A stretch of DNA of 64,000 bases from positions 18,008-82,007 of the forward strand of contig DAOUEA010000055.1 in NCBI GenBank assembly GCA_034430475.1, read 5' to 3'. Shown here piece after piece: positions 39,134 to 48,058 of this stretch (position 1 is the stretch's first letter; each line of letters opens with the position of its first letter). The notes under the pieces were generated by a model. That model saw nothing but the letters and a program-made list of their open reading frames with translations. It was not told the origin of the DNA and did not search any database. The position numbers were made by a program, and so were the translations under genes. Source of the DNA: Chloroflexota bacterium. Lineage in GTDB: Bacteria; Chloroflexota; Limnocylindria; Limnocylindrales; CSP1-4.

Positions 39134-39258
39134 GCGGCTCAGCCCTCTGCTTCCCGCGGGCGAGCCCGCGACCACGATGGACTGCCGAAAGGTAGCACCT
39201 CCGTCGAATCGACAGCGCCGGCGATCCACGATCGCCCGTTCTCCGCTATCGTGGCAGC

Positions 39259-39480
39259 GTGAGCACGGTCATTGAATTCCGCGAGCCGTTCCGGTGTGTC
39301 GTCGAAGGCATGGACCGGCTCCGCAGCCGATCGCGCGGGACCTGGCACTGCCGCTGTGGCGCGCTGGCCGAAACCCGCCACGACAACCCCCGCTGCGAGA
39401 TCTGCGCCGCTCACGGCAACTGCGGCCTTGACTGCACGCTCAGCAGCCTCTACTGCCCGAGCTGTGGCGCGAGCGCTTGA
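39259..39480 (+). CDS. 73-aa Cys-rich small protein, probable metal binder
   Basis: Nine Cys in CxC, CxxC, CxxxC and CxxC clusters; GTG 6 nt after TATCGT. Confidence 0.7.
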   Translation: MSTVIEFREPFRCVVEGMDRLRSRSRGTWHCRCGALAETRHDNPRCEICAAHGNCGLDCTLSSLYCPSCGASA

Positions 39481-39697
39481 GGGCCGGGGCGTGAAGCTGC
39501 TGACGCCACAGCCGTCGCCGGAACGCGCGAGGAGGCGGCAGATCGGGTCCAGGCCTGGGACGGCCTGGCCGAGCGGGTCATTCTGGGCGTGCCTGGTACG
39601 GCCTGAGCTCCGCCAGGCAGCGACAGGCGCCGAGGGTGCGCTGAAGCCGGGGGCGCGCCTGATCGGGAGCTAGGCCGGGGCGGCCGCGCCCGCGCCG

Positions 39698-40693
39698 CTA
39701 CTGCTGAGGCTTGCTCCGGGGCTTCCTCTTGGGCTTCTCGGCGGGCGCCTCAGGTGCCGGCGGCGGGGCAACCGGCGGGGCGGCAGGCGGCTGAGCCTGC
39801 GGCGGGTAGCCCGGATAGCCTGGATAGCCACCGTAGCCCGGGTAGGCGGACGGCGGGTAGCCCGGAGCCTGAGGCGGCGGGGTCCCGGCCGGCTGCGGAG
39901 GCCAGGCCGGAGCCTGAGGCGGGGTCCCGGCCGGCTGCGGAGGCCAGGCCGGCGCGGCCCCGGCGCCCGGGTACTGCGCGTAGGCGCTGTACTGGACCGG
40001 ACCGAGGACGATGGAGCCGGCCACCTTGTCATGCCAGCCTTGCTTCATCTTGTCGATGCCGGTCACGACCACCAGCAGGACCATCCACAGCAGAGGGACG
40101 TACTGGAGAAGGGTGGACCCACCTCCGGGCCCGAAACTCGCCCCCGCTCCGTAGCTGCTCTGGGACAGCCAGTCGCTCGTGGGTGTCTTGGCTACCCAGT
40201 CCAGCATGAAGACAAGGCTCAGGGCGCCGACGACCTCGGCCACGCCGACCATGACGAACCACCGCACGAGCGCCCGGTCGAGGCGAAGGTTGCCGCCGTT
40301 CGACGCATCGGCCACGCGCAGGCCGAGGAGCTTCTGGGCAGGCGACCCGCCCCAGGCCATCCAGGATCCGATGAAGTAGAGGGCCATCAAGCCGACGTAC
40401 AGGCAGGCCACCATCACCAGGCGTCCCATCTCGACGTCCAGAAGCGGTGCCGTGACACCGTCAAACGGGTTGTTGGCAGCGTTCCTGTCGATCTGGTCGA
40501 CGGCCTGCTGGTTCAGATGCACCGCACCGGATGCGACAACAGCCACGAACCCGAAGATGCCCACCGTGATGCTGAGGAAGATGTAGTCCAGGATGAAGGC
40601 CCCGATGCGGCGGCCCATGCTGGCTATCGCCATCCCCTCTGGGATCTTGACCGAAGGATCGACGGCCGGCGCCGCGGGCGTCCATCCGCTCAT
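39698..40693 (-). CDS. RDD family protein with Pro-rich C-terminal tail
   Basis: RRIGAFILD, KLLGLRV, QGWHDKVAGSIV; tail contains two copies of WPPQPAGTPP. Confidence 0.85.
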   Translation of the reverse strand: MSGWTPAAPAVDPSVKIPEGMAIASMGRRIGAFILDYIFLSITVGIFGFVAVVASGAVHLNQQAVDQIDRNAANNPFDGVTAPLLDVEMGRLVMVACLYVGLMALYFIGSWMAWGGSPAQKLLGLRVADASNGGNLRLDRALVRWFVMVGVAEVVGALSLVFMLDWVAKTPTSDWLSQSSYGAGASFGPGGGSTLLQYVPLLWMVLLVVVTGIDKMKQGWHDKVAGSIVLGPVQYSAYAQYPGAGAAPAWPPQPAGTPPQAPAWPPQPAGTPPPQAPGYPPSAYPGYGGYPGYPGYPPQAQPPAAPPVAPPPAPEAPAEKPKRKPRSKPQQ

Positions 40694-40717
40694 CTGCCCA
40701 CCTCCGTTGCTTAGTTC

Positions 40718-40793
40718 TGGCGTCCCCGGCGGGACTCGAACCCACGACCTTCCGCTTAGAAGGCGGCTGCTCTATCCGCTGAGCTACGGGGAC
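40718..40793 (-). tRNA. tRNA-Arg (TCT)
   Basis: Reverse complement GTCCCCGTAGCTCAGCGGATAGAGC...CTTCTAA...GGTTCGAGTCC...GGGGACGCCA. Confidence 0.96.
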
Positions 40794-40964
40794 ACCGGAT
40801 TGGCACGAATGCCGTACGTAGGGTAGCGCCGGACGCCGCGCGGGGCCAGCCCGCGCGGCCGCAAGAGTTCTTTTGTCCCATCGTTGCGGCCTCCCGGCAG
40901 TGCTAGACTCGGGGGCCTTCGGAGTCAACGGCCGCCGCGCGCGGCCGGCCACAGGAGACCTGGC

Positions 40965-42476
40965 TTGCCGTCGCTTCCGCTCGAGACCGATCCGGCACCG
41001 CCGACGCCATCGGTCGAGCGAACCGGCGCCCGAACGGATGCGAGCGCCGTGCCGGCCCCGGCCGCCCCTCGAACCCCGGCGGCGGGGGCTGACGGTCAGC
41101 TGGCCCTGGCTCTACAGGTACCCGTAGCCCTGCCCCACCTGGCGATCCCCGCCGAGTGGAAGGACCAGCAGCGGCTGTGGGGCCACAGCTTCCACCCCAT
41201 GTGCTCGTATCTGGCCAGCTTCCCGGCCGGCCTGGCCCATGCCTTCATCGCCCGCTACACCCGCCCCGGCGACGTCGTGATGGACCCGTTCAGCGGCAGG
41301 GGCACGACGCCGCTGCAGGCATGCGCCGAGGGCCGGATAGGCGCCGGCAACGACCTGAACCCGTTCGCCCACATCCTGACCGCAGCCAAGGTGGACCCAC
41401 CCAGCAAGGCCGAGGTGAAGACCCGCCTCACCGCCCTGCGCCTGGCCTGGACCGCCGTCGCAGGGGAGTGGCTGGAAATGGCCCGCGCCGCCATCGCCGA
41501 TCCCGGCTCCCCCACCGTGCTCGTCCCCGCCTCGGGCAGCAGGCCTGTGGGCGGCCCCGAGAAACACCGGCCGGCCGCCCCCATCCCCGCGGAGGTCTGC
41601 CTGGCGTTCCACCCCAGCACGCTGGCCCAGGTCCTCTATCTCCGGGCCGGGCTGGACCCCGACGACCGAACAGATCGCTTCATCCTGGCCACGCTGACCG
41701 GCATCCTGCACGGCAAGAGCGGCAGCTACCTCTCGGCGGTCATGCCCAACACGTTCAGCATGGCCCCGCGCTACGTCCGCGATTTCGTGGCCCGCACCGG
41801 GTTCCGCTCGCCCGAACGCGACGCCTTCAATCTTCTCAACGGCAAGGTGCGCCGCCTCTACCGCCAGCCCGTCCCGACGACGCGGGGCATGGCCCTGCTC
41901 GGCGACGCGCGCGACTCCGGAGTCCGTTTCCGGGAGGCGCTGCGGGCCCGCGGCCTGCCCGAGCGAGCTCGTCTGGTGGTCACCTCGCCGCCCTACCTGC
42001 GCGTGGTGAAGTACGGCTACTACAACTGGCTGCGGCTGTGGCTGCTCGGCTACGAGGCCGCGGCGATCGACGACCTGCTGGACGACGCCCACCACCGCGA
42101 TGCCTACCTGGTCTTCATGCGCGAGGTCCTGCGCGGTCTGCGGACCGCCCTTGCGGACGACGCCGTGGTGGCCGTGGTCATCGGCGACGTGGAGATGGAT
42201 CGCGGCCGGCCCGCGCGGGGCGGCATCGGCCTGGCCGAGGCGGTCTGGGAGGCGGCCGCCGCGCCGGAGGGCTACCGGCTGGCCGGCCTGGCCCTGGATG
42301 ACATCCTGGCCGGGCGCAAGATGACCAAGCTCTGGGGCGGCGAGGCCGGCCGGGCCACGAAGCTGGACCGCATCCTGGTCCTGGGAGCCACCGAGGCAGG
42401 CCGGCGGAGAGCGATCAGCGGCGCCTCGCTGCCGATCGACTGGACCTGGCCGCCACAGAGGCCGCGGGCGCTGTAG
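40965..42476 (+). CDS. Amino-DNA methyltransferase (SPPY, likely N4-cytosine), orphan
   Basis: Motif I DPFSGRGTT near the N-terminus and motif IV VTSPPY later; TTG 7 nt after AGGAG. Confidence 0.8.
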   Translation: MPSLPLETDPAPPTPSVERTGARTDASAVPAPAAPRTPAAGADGQLALALQVPVALPHLAIPAEWKDQQRLWGHSFHPMCSYLASFPAGLAHAFIARYTRPGDVVMDPFSGRGTTPLQACAEGRIGAGNDLNPFAHILTAAKVDPPSKAEVKTRLTALRLAWTAVAGEWLEMARAAIADPGSPTVLVPASGSRPVGGPEKHRPAAPIPAEVCLAFHPSTLAQVLYLRAGLDPDDRTDRFILATLTGILHGKSGSYLSAVMPNTFSMAPRYVRDFVARTGFRSPERDAFNLLNGKVRRLYRQPVPTTRGMALLGDARDSGVRFREALRARGLPERARLVVTSPPYLRVVKYGYYNWLRLWLLGYEAAAIDDLLDDAHHRDAYLVFMREVLRGLRTALADDAVVAVVIGDVEMDRGRPARGGIGLAEAVWEAAAAPEGYRLAGLALDDILAGRKMTKLWGGEAGRATKLDRILVLGATEAGRRRAISGASLPIDWTWPPQRPRAL

Positions 42477-42519
42477 GGCCCATCCCGGCGCAGCCCCACC
42501 CAACCGCTACAATCGCGCC

Positions 42520-42747
42520 ATGAAGCCAATGTACGCCGAGAGCGACCTGGCGGCGATGGATCCGCTCGTCCTGATGAAGAACCTGGACCACGTGCGCATG
42601 ACCAGCCGGCGGCTCAGCTACATCCTCCAGCAGCAGGTCCACCTCTACACGCCGGAGGCGACCCAGCTCCGTCAGCGCATCGACGCCTACGTGGCGGCCG
42701 AGCAGCAAATCGAGGCCGAGATGGCGCGCCGGCGGCTGCGCGCCTGA
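42520..42747 (+). CDS. 75-aa hypothetical helical protein
   Basis: Coding-like codon use; TACAAT, 6 nt, ATG. Confidence 0.75.
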   Translation: MKPMYAESDLAAMDPLVLMKNLDHVRMTSRRLSYILQQQVHLYTPEATQLRQRIDAYVAAEQQIEAEMARRRLRA

Positions 42748-42836
42748 CCTTTCGAGCGCCTGACAGCCCGCTTCCTCTGACTCCCGCCTGGCCCGAGCCT
42801 TCGTTGGCTCCCCGCTGCCCCGAAAACCCGGGGGCG

Positions 42837-43214
42837 TCAGTTGGCGACCGCCAGCAGCGGAGGGTCCTCCTGCTCGTCCACCGGCTCCGGGGCAACCGCG
42901 ATCGTCACGGCCGCCGGCCGCAGCGGTAGCGGAGCCATCACGCCGCGCATGAGACGCTTCCGCCGCTCCGCCTCCTCAGTGGCTATCTGAGCCACCAGGC
43001 CGGCCAGACGTGGCATCTCCGCCAGCCCGAACTCGATTCCGTGCTCCGCCAGCTCGATGAAGCCCCAGCCTCGAAACAGCCCACGGCTGGCTACCAAGCA
43101 CATCTCGTCGTACAGCTCGGGCCAGCCCACGTGCCTGCGCCTGCGGCAGAAGCGGACGAACTCCAGAGCGATCCCATTGGTGGCCCGTTCCTCCTGACGC
43201 CTGCGCGAATCCAT
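42837..43214 (-). CDS. Hypothetical protein
   Basis: ATG 43214 after GGGAG; globular-looking core EFVRFCRRRR..WPELYDEMCLVASRGLFRGWG. Confidence 0.7.
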   Translation of the reverse strand: MDSRRRQEERATNGIALEFVRFCRRRRHVGWPELYDEMCLVASRGLFRGWGFIELAEHGIEFGLAEMPRLAGLVAQIATEEAERRKRLMRGVMAPLPLRPAAVTIAVAPEPVDEQEDPPLLAVAN

Positions 43215-43325
43215 CGATCTACCCGCTCCCATTCCACCCGGGCCAACCCAAGCCCTCCAGACGACCGCGGGTGTGACGGCCGGGCCTGGGCCATTGGGCC
43301 TCCGCGCATCTCACCACCGCGGCAG

Positions 43326-43405
43326 GCATGGCCGCCATGCTAGGGGTGCCCCCCGTGTCAAAAAAGGGGGTTTCTCCACCAACTAGTCCACCAAGTTTTC
43401 CACAG
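43326..43405 (-). promoter_or_regulatory. Promoter-like region with three 12-bp-phased TCCAC repeats
   Basis: Perfect TTGACA on the minus strand (43356-43361); TCCAC at 43375, 43387 and 43399; GCATGG-N3-CCATGC palindrome at 43326-43340. Confidence 0.5.
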
Positions 43406-43559
43406 AACAGCCGTTCGGCGATCGTCTGTTCGAGACCGTCCGCGGGGCCGCCAGAAGGGCCCACGAGCGGGCTTCCAGAGGCCGATCGGCGGTCCGCGGC
43501 GGGCGCGAGAAGGGCGGAGGCCTTGCGACCTCCGCCCGCAAGATCTCCCACTCTCGGGA

Positions 43560-44183
43560 TCAGTTCACATGGATGACCACAGTCGCGGCGGCCTTGTCGT
43601 GCCAGGCCTGCTTCTGGGGATCGAAGGCGGCCCAGACGTAGCCGAGGTACCCGATGAGGAAGAAGCCGCCGAGGAAGTTCTCGGCCCACATCACGACCGC
43701 TCGAACAACAGCGGTGGAGCCGTCGATAGGACCACCGTCGATGGCCCGGACCACGCGCAGCCCCAGGGCCTGCTGGCCGAATGTTGCGCCCTTCTTCCAC
43801 CACATCCAGGGCATGTAGCCGAGCCAGAGCGGGATCCAGAGGAGGATGCCGATGATCGTGATCGCCAGCACGATGGTCAGGACGATCAGGATGATCATGT
43901 CCAGGATGTACGCCACCAGCCTGATCCAGAAGCCAGCGTACCGGGGCGGCCCACCGTAGACGGGCGGATACCCGGCCGGGGGGTACCCCGGGGGCGGGTA
44001 GCCACCGGGAGGCGGGTAGCCACCGGCAGGCGGCGGAGGCCAGCCAGGCTGAGCGCCGGGCGGCGGGTAGATACCGGGAGGCGGGTAGCCGCCGGCAGGC
44101 GGCGGAGGCCAGCCGGGCTGGGGCGGAGTTCCCTCCGGAGGCGATCCGGGGGCCTGTCCGGGTTGGTTCTGCGAGTCGCTCAT
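43560..44183 (-). CDS. RDD family protein with Pro/Gly/Tyr-rich N-terminus
   Basis: YAGFWIRLVAYILD, GQQALGLRVV, QAWHDKAA; ATG 44183 after AGGAGG. Confidence 0.88.
   Translation of the reverse strand: MSDSQNQPGQAPGSPPEGTPPQPGWPPPPAGGYPPPGIYPPPGAQPGWPPPPAGGYPPPGGYPPPGYPPAGYPPVYGGPPRYAGFWIRLVAYILDMIILIVLTIVLAITIIGILLWIPLWLGYMPWMWWKKGATFGQQALGLRVVRAIDGGPIDGSTAVVRAVVMWAENFLGGFFLIGYLGYVWAAFDPQKQAWHDKAAATVVIHVN
44005..44120 (-). repeat. 69-bp-period internal repeat (QPGWPPPPAGGYPPPG twice)
   Basis: Near-identical units at 44005-44051 and 44074-44120. Confidence 0.75.
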
Positions 44184-44316
44184 GCCACCTCCTGCCACGC
44201 CGGGGTCGAGCGGCGTTCCGCCACTCGCATCCCCACCACAGGAATGGTACAGCCGGCGGAATCGCAAGGGCGGCGGCTTCGAGCCTCCGCCCTTGACAAC
44301 CTGGAAGCGCGATCTG

Positions 44317-44880
44317 CTAGCGCGGGTACAGCTGGGCGTGAACCACGACGGTGCCTGCCAGCATGTCGTGGAGGGCCCTCTTTCGCGAGTCGAAAGCCGC
44401 GATGGCGAACGCCAGGAACCCGATGAGCAGGAAGCAGGCAAGCGTCTCCAGCACGAAGATCACGAAGCGCACGACGGCGGTGCCCATGTCGATGGGCATG
44501 CCGTCGGCCTCGCGGACGATCCTCATGCCCAGGGCCTTCATCGCGGGAGTCCGGCCCTTGGACCAGAAGTACGGCAGGTACCCCAGCCACAGGACTGGGA
44601 TGAGGAATATGCCCACGAGGGTGATGAGTAGCAGGATGGTGAGCAGGTACAGGATCGTACCGTCCAGGCTCAGAGCCATGTAGCGAGCCCAGAAGCCGCC
44701 GTAGGAGACGTAGCCGCTGAGCCCGGGGGGCGTCACAGGCGGCAAGGACGGCACCTCCGGCGGGTACGGCGAGTCGCCCGGCGGAGGCCCGGAAGACGGC
44801 CAGCCTCCGGGCGCACCCTGAGGTGCCGGAGGCCAGGCACCCTGAGGCGGTGGCTGAGGGGGTGGTTGCTGCGAGGCCAT
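44317..44880 (-). CDS. RDD family protein with Pro/Gln-rich N-terminus
   Basis: YGGFWARYMALSLD, MKALGMRIV, RALHDMLAGTVV. Confidence 0.88.
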   Translation of the reverse strand: MASQQPPPQPPPQGAWPPAPQGAPGGWPSSGPPPGDSPYPPEVPSLPPVTPPGLSGYVSYGGFWARYMALSLDGTILYLLTILLLITLVGIFLIPVLWLGYLPYFWSKGRTPAMKALGMRIVREADGMPIDMGTAVVRFVIFVLETLACFLLIGFLAFAIAAFDSRKRALHDMLAGTVVVHAQLYPR

Positions 44881-45038
44881 GATGTGCTCCCACGTCTCAT
44901 TGCCCGTCCACGGCGGTCCGCCCGCCCAGGAGCCAGGCGCCGGCGCTCATGCTATCAGCCGCAATCCGGAGGCCGAGGCTCCGAATGGAGAGCGCGCCGT
45001 CGATGCCCGTGGCGGGCCGCTACCGGCGCCGAGAATCT

Positions 45039-45068
45039 GAGAGCGGAGACCTCGCGGCCTCCGCTCTC
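45039..45068. terminator. Hairpin downstream of the shortest RDD gene
   Basis: gagagcggag / ctccgctctc 10-bp stem. Confidence 0.45.
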
Positions 45069-45087
45069 TCACTCTTGCCAGCCGAGG

Positions 45088-45432
45088 CTACTTGATGACC
45101 ACGGTGCCGGCGATCTTGTCCGCCCAACCCTGCTTCTTGGAGTCGAAGGCGACCCAGATGACGCCGATGAAGATCACCATGAAGGCGATAAGCAGGCCGA
45201 TGAAGCGGATGATCGACGTGCCGACGTCGATCGGGCCGCCGTCGGCTGCCCGCACGACCTTCAGGCCGAGCGCCATCTGGCCGACGGTCGCGCCCTTCCA
45301 GGTCCACATGATCGGCATGTAGATGAGGGGGCCGATGACGGTCACCGAGAGGAACAGCATGATCACCCAGTCGATGATGTAGGCGACGACGCGGATCCAG
45401 AAACCAGCGTACTGCGGGGGCTGTGCTGCCAT
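45088..45432 (-). CDS. Minimal RDD family protein
   Basis: YAGFWIRVVAYIID, GQMALGLKVV, QGWADKIAGTVV. Confidence 0.88.
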   Translation of the reverse strand: MAAQPPQYAGFWIRVVAYIIDWVIMLFLSVTVIGPLIYMPIMWTWKGATVGQMALGLKVVRAADGGPIDVGTSIIRFIGLLIAFMVIFIGVIWVAFDSKKQGWADKIAGTVVIK

Positions 45433-45558
45433 GAGCCTCTCTCTCCCTTGACAGTCCCGGGCTCAGTGCTGGTCCTCAGACTCCAGGCTCGGCCGGGCTC
45501 TGTGGGTTGATCGTAGCGATCCACGCAAGCCGCCACACGGCGTCTCTGCACGCGGCAC

Positions 45559-45593
45559 AAAGAGAACGCCCCCGGGGCGCGGTCCGGGGGCGT
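45559..45593 (-). terminator. Intrinsic terminator of tRNA-Glu
   Basis: acgcccccgg/ccgggggcgt stem followed by TCTCTTT on the minus strand. Confidence 0.75.
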
Positions 45594-45606
45594 AGGTGTC
45601 TGCGAC

Positions 45607-45683
45607 TGGTACCGCATATCGGATTCGAACCGATGATCTCCGCCTTGAGAGGGCGGTGTCCTGGGCCTCTAGACGAATGCGGC
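45607..45683 (-). tRNA. tRNA-Glu (CTC)
   Basis: Reverse complement GCCGCATTCGTCTAGAGGCCCAGGAC...CTCTCAA...GGTTCGAATCC...GCGGTACCA. Confidence 0.96.
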
Positions 45684-45798
45684 GCGCTGGCGGTCCGCGT
45701 TGCGGCGGGCCGGGCGGGATGATAGCAGGCCCGGCGCAGGCGCGCCATGGCGGCGGAGCGTCGATGTGCGCGGCCGCACCGCCCGTTGCGGGCCGGCG

Positions 45799-46680
45799 CT
45801 ACAGGCGGTGCGATTCGAGGAAGGCGCGGACGCCTTCGGCCACCTGCTGGTAGCTCTGCTCGCCGATGATCAGGCCGAAGTGTGAGTGGGCCCCAAAGGG
45901 CTCGTATACGCCGCCCAGCCAGTCGGCCAGGCGCTCGGCTCCCGTGGCGGACATCGTGCCGTCCAGGCCGGCCCCCACGACCAGCATCGGGATGCCTGCC
46001 AGGCGCGAGCGCTCGACGGCTATCCCTTCCACCACCTCGCGCCGTACCGTCCCCGACTCGTACGGCTTCTGGCCGAAGAGGTGCTGGAGCCGGATCACGT
46101 CGTCCAGGGTCAGGTCGCGGTTGTCGCGCAGGAGCTTCTCCGGCAACGTCTCCCAGCCGATGTAGTCGCGGCCGTAGACATCCGGGATCTCGCGCAGCTC
46201 GTGCGGCCGGGCGGGCAGCCGCAGGTCTCGCGGCAGTTCACTGTCCAGCAGGACGACGGCCGCTACCGGGAAGCGCTCGGCCGCCTTGAGGACCAGCAGC
46301 CCGCCCAGGCCGTGGCCGATCGCGACCGAGGCCGGCCCCAGCTTGGCCATCACCGCCACGACGTCGTCGACGTAGGTTTCGAAGTCCGTGAGCGTAGGGT
46401 CGGCCGTGGCCGACCAGTAGTGGTTGCGCAGGTTGAGGGCGTGACCCTCCCAGCCTCGGCTGGCGAAGTAGGAGAGGTAGCGTTCCCAGACCCACGACCC
46501 GGTCAGCTCGCCGTGGACGAACAGCAGCGGCCGGCGGCGCGAACGCCGCTCCGGCATCCACGACTCCACGTAGAGCCCGCGGTCCGGGATCTCGATCTCG
46601 TCCTTGCGAATCGGCCGGCCGTTGGCGCCGACCGGGTGCGGCCTGGCTACCCGCAGACCCTCGGGGAATCCGTCGTTCAT
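45799..46680 (-). CDS. Alpha/beta-fold protein lacking the nucleophile Ser
   Basis: LLFVHG, LRNH, GHGLGG where GxSxG is expected, C-terminal HSH. Confidence 0.8.
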   Translation of the reverse strand: MNDGFPEGLRVARPHPVGANGRPIRKDEIEIPDRGLYVESWMPERRSRRRPLLFVHGELTGSWVWERYLSYFASRGWEGHALNLRNHYWSATADPTLTDFETYVDDVVAVMAKLGPASVAIGHGLGGLLVLKAAERFPVAAVVLLDSELPRDLRLPARPHELREIPDVYGRDYIGWETLPEKLLRDNRDLTLDDVIRLQHLFGQKPYESGTVRREVVEGIAVERSRLAGIPMLVVGAGLDGTMSATGAERLADWLGGVYEPFGAHSHFGLIIGEQSYQQVAEGVRAFLESHRL

Positions 46681-46720
46681 GTGCCTCTAGCGTTGCGTCG
46701 GGGGGCGTCCGCCCTCCTGT

Positions 46721-48058
46721 TCACCATTCGTGAGCGTTGATGATGAGCCCTGAGAGGGCCTTTGGGTAGAAGTAGGTCGATTTCTGCGGCATGACGTCGC
46801 CATCGGCGGCGACCGCGGCGATCTGGGCCACGGGCGTAGGATCGAGCAGGAAGGCCATGTCTGCTCCATCCGTGGCCGCCTCCACGATGTCCAGGGCCTC
46901 GGGCACGGACTTGGTGTAGGCCAGGCGCCCGGACGCGATGGCCTCCCGATCGATGCCGCACAGCTCGTCAAGGGCAGTCTGGAGCAGCGTCACGTCGAGT
47001 CCGCACAGGGCCTCTCCGCCGGACGACAGCAGCGGAGCGAAGGCCGACCGGTTGGCCCGCAGGATGGCCCCGCCGGCTCGCGTCCAGAGACCGATCCTGC
47101 CCTCACCGCCGGGCACGGCGTCGACGGGCACGAAAGCCGCTTCCAACTCGACTCGATCTGCGACCGGCCGAACCTCGAACAGCTCGGGGGCACGCGCCAT
47201 GAAGGCCGAGACGCCCTGCTCCCCCAGGCCACGGACGATGCGGTGGGTGGAAAGAACCGTCAGCCTCTGGCTGGCAGACTCCAGGAAGAGCGTCAAGACG
47301 TAGTCCGAAGCCGGCTCCTCGCCCGGAGCCCCGGCAGCGGTGCTGGCGGCGGCTCGCTGCTCGTCGCGATAGCGCAGCGCCGTCTCGTAGCGGTGGTGGC
47401 CGTCGGCGATGGCAATCGGTCGGGCGGCGGCCGTGGCGATGAGCGAAGCCACTGCCGCCGAGTGCGGCCCGCCGGCCGGCACATACCAGAGTCGATGGCG
47501 GACCCCGTCGTCGTCCGTCACGTCGAGGTCGGGGGGCGTGGCGGCCATGGCCCGCATCGCCCGCACCGATTCCCCGCCCGGGTCGTCGAACAGGCCGACG
47601 ATGGGGCTGGTGTTGACGCGTGTAGCCCGCATCAGGAGGTAGCGGTCTTCCTTGGGCGCGGACAGAGTGCGCTCGTGGGGCAGGACTCCAGACCCCGGCC
47701 CCAACTCCTCGAGCCGCAGCCGGGCGAAGAACCCGATCTGGCTCCGCCTGGCTCGGGTGCCGGGCACGGCGTAGGCCTGGTCGTAGACGTAGATCCCCGG
47801 CTCATCATCGAGGCGCAGAGTGCCATCCTCGCGCCAGGCAGCCAGCTGCTCAGAGGCGCGGCGGTAACGGGCCCCGGGCTCGTCGCCGGGCAGCGACTCG
47901 GGCAGGTCGATCCGGACGGCGTTGACCGGGCTGCGATCCAGAAGCTTGCGCTGCAGCTCCGGCCCGATTACGTCGTAGGGCGGGCAGACCACCGCACCCA
48001 GGTCGCCCGCCACGGCGGGATCGAAACGAAGCGCGCGAAACGGTCGAAGGTGCGGCAA
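46721..48058 (-). CDS. DUF1015 family protein
   Basis: PFRALR, PPYDV, PHERT, IADGHHRY, MPQKSTYFYPK; TTG 48058 after GAGGAG. Confidence 0.88.
   Translation of the reverse strand: MPHLRPFRALRFDPAVAGDLGAVVCPPYDVIGPELQRKLLDRSPVNAVRIDLPESLPGDEPGARYRRASEQLAAWREDGTLRLDDEPGIYVYDQAYAVPGTRARRSQIGFFARLRLEELGPGSGVLPHERTLSAPKEDRYLLMRATRVNTSPIVGLFDDPGGESVRAMRAMAATPPDLDVTDDDGVRHRLWYVPAGGPHSAAVASLIATAAARPIAIADGHHRYETALRYRDEQRAAASTAAGAPGEEPASDYVLTLFLESASQRLTVLSTHRIVRGLGEQGVSAFMARAPELFEVRPVADRVELEAAFVPVDAVPGGEGRIGLWTRAGGAILRANRSAFAPLLSSGGEALCGLDVTLLQTALDELCGIDREAIASGRLAYTKSVPEALDIVEAATDGADMAFLLDPTPVAQIAAVAADGDVMPQKSTYFYPKALSGLIINAHEW

Noticed and set aside
39478-39606. Selenocysteine or TGA readthrough: the frame stays open for 41 codons after the Cys-rich ORF
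   Set aside because: The TGA is not in a redox motif, only a 5-bp hairpin follows, and short open extensions are common at high GC.
43371-43405. Replication origin
   Set aside because: Only one near-consensus DnaA box, no extended AT-rich unwinding element and no dnaA or dnaN nearby; kept as a regulatory repeat.
45607-45683. G1-U72 pair in tRNA-Glu as an anomaly
   Set aside because: I recall this wobble pair in tRNA-Glu(CTC) of other high-GC bacteria; the cloverleaf is otherwise intact.
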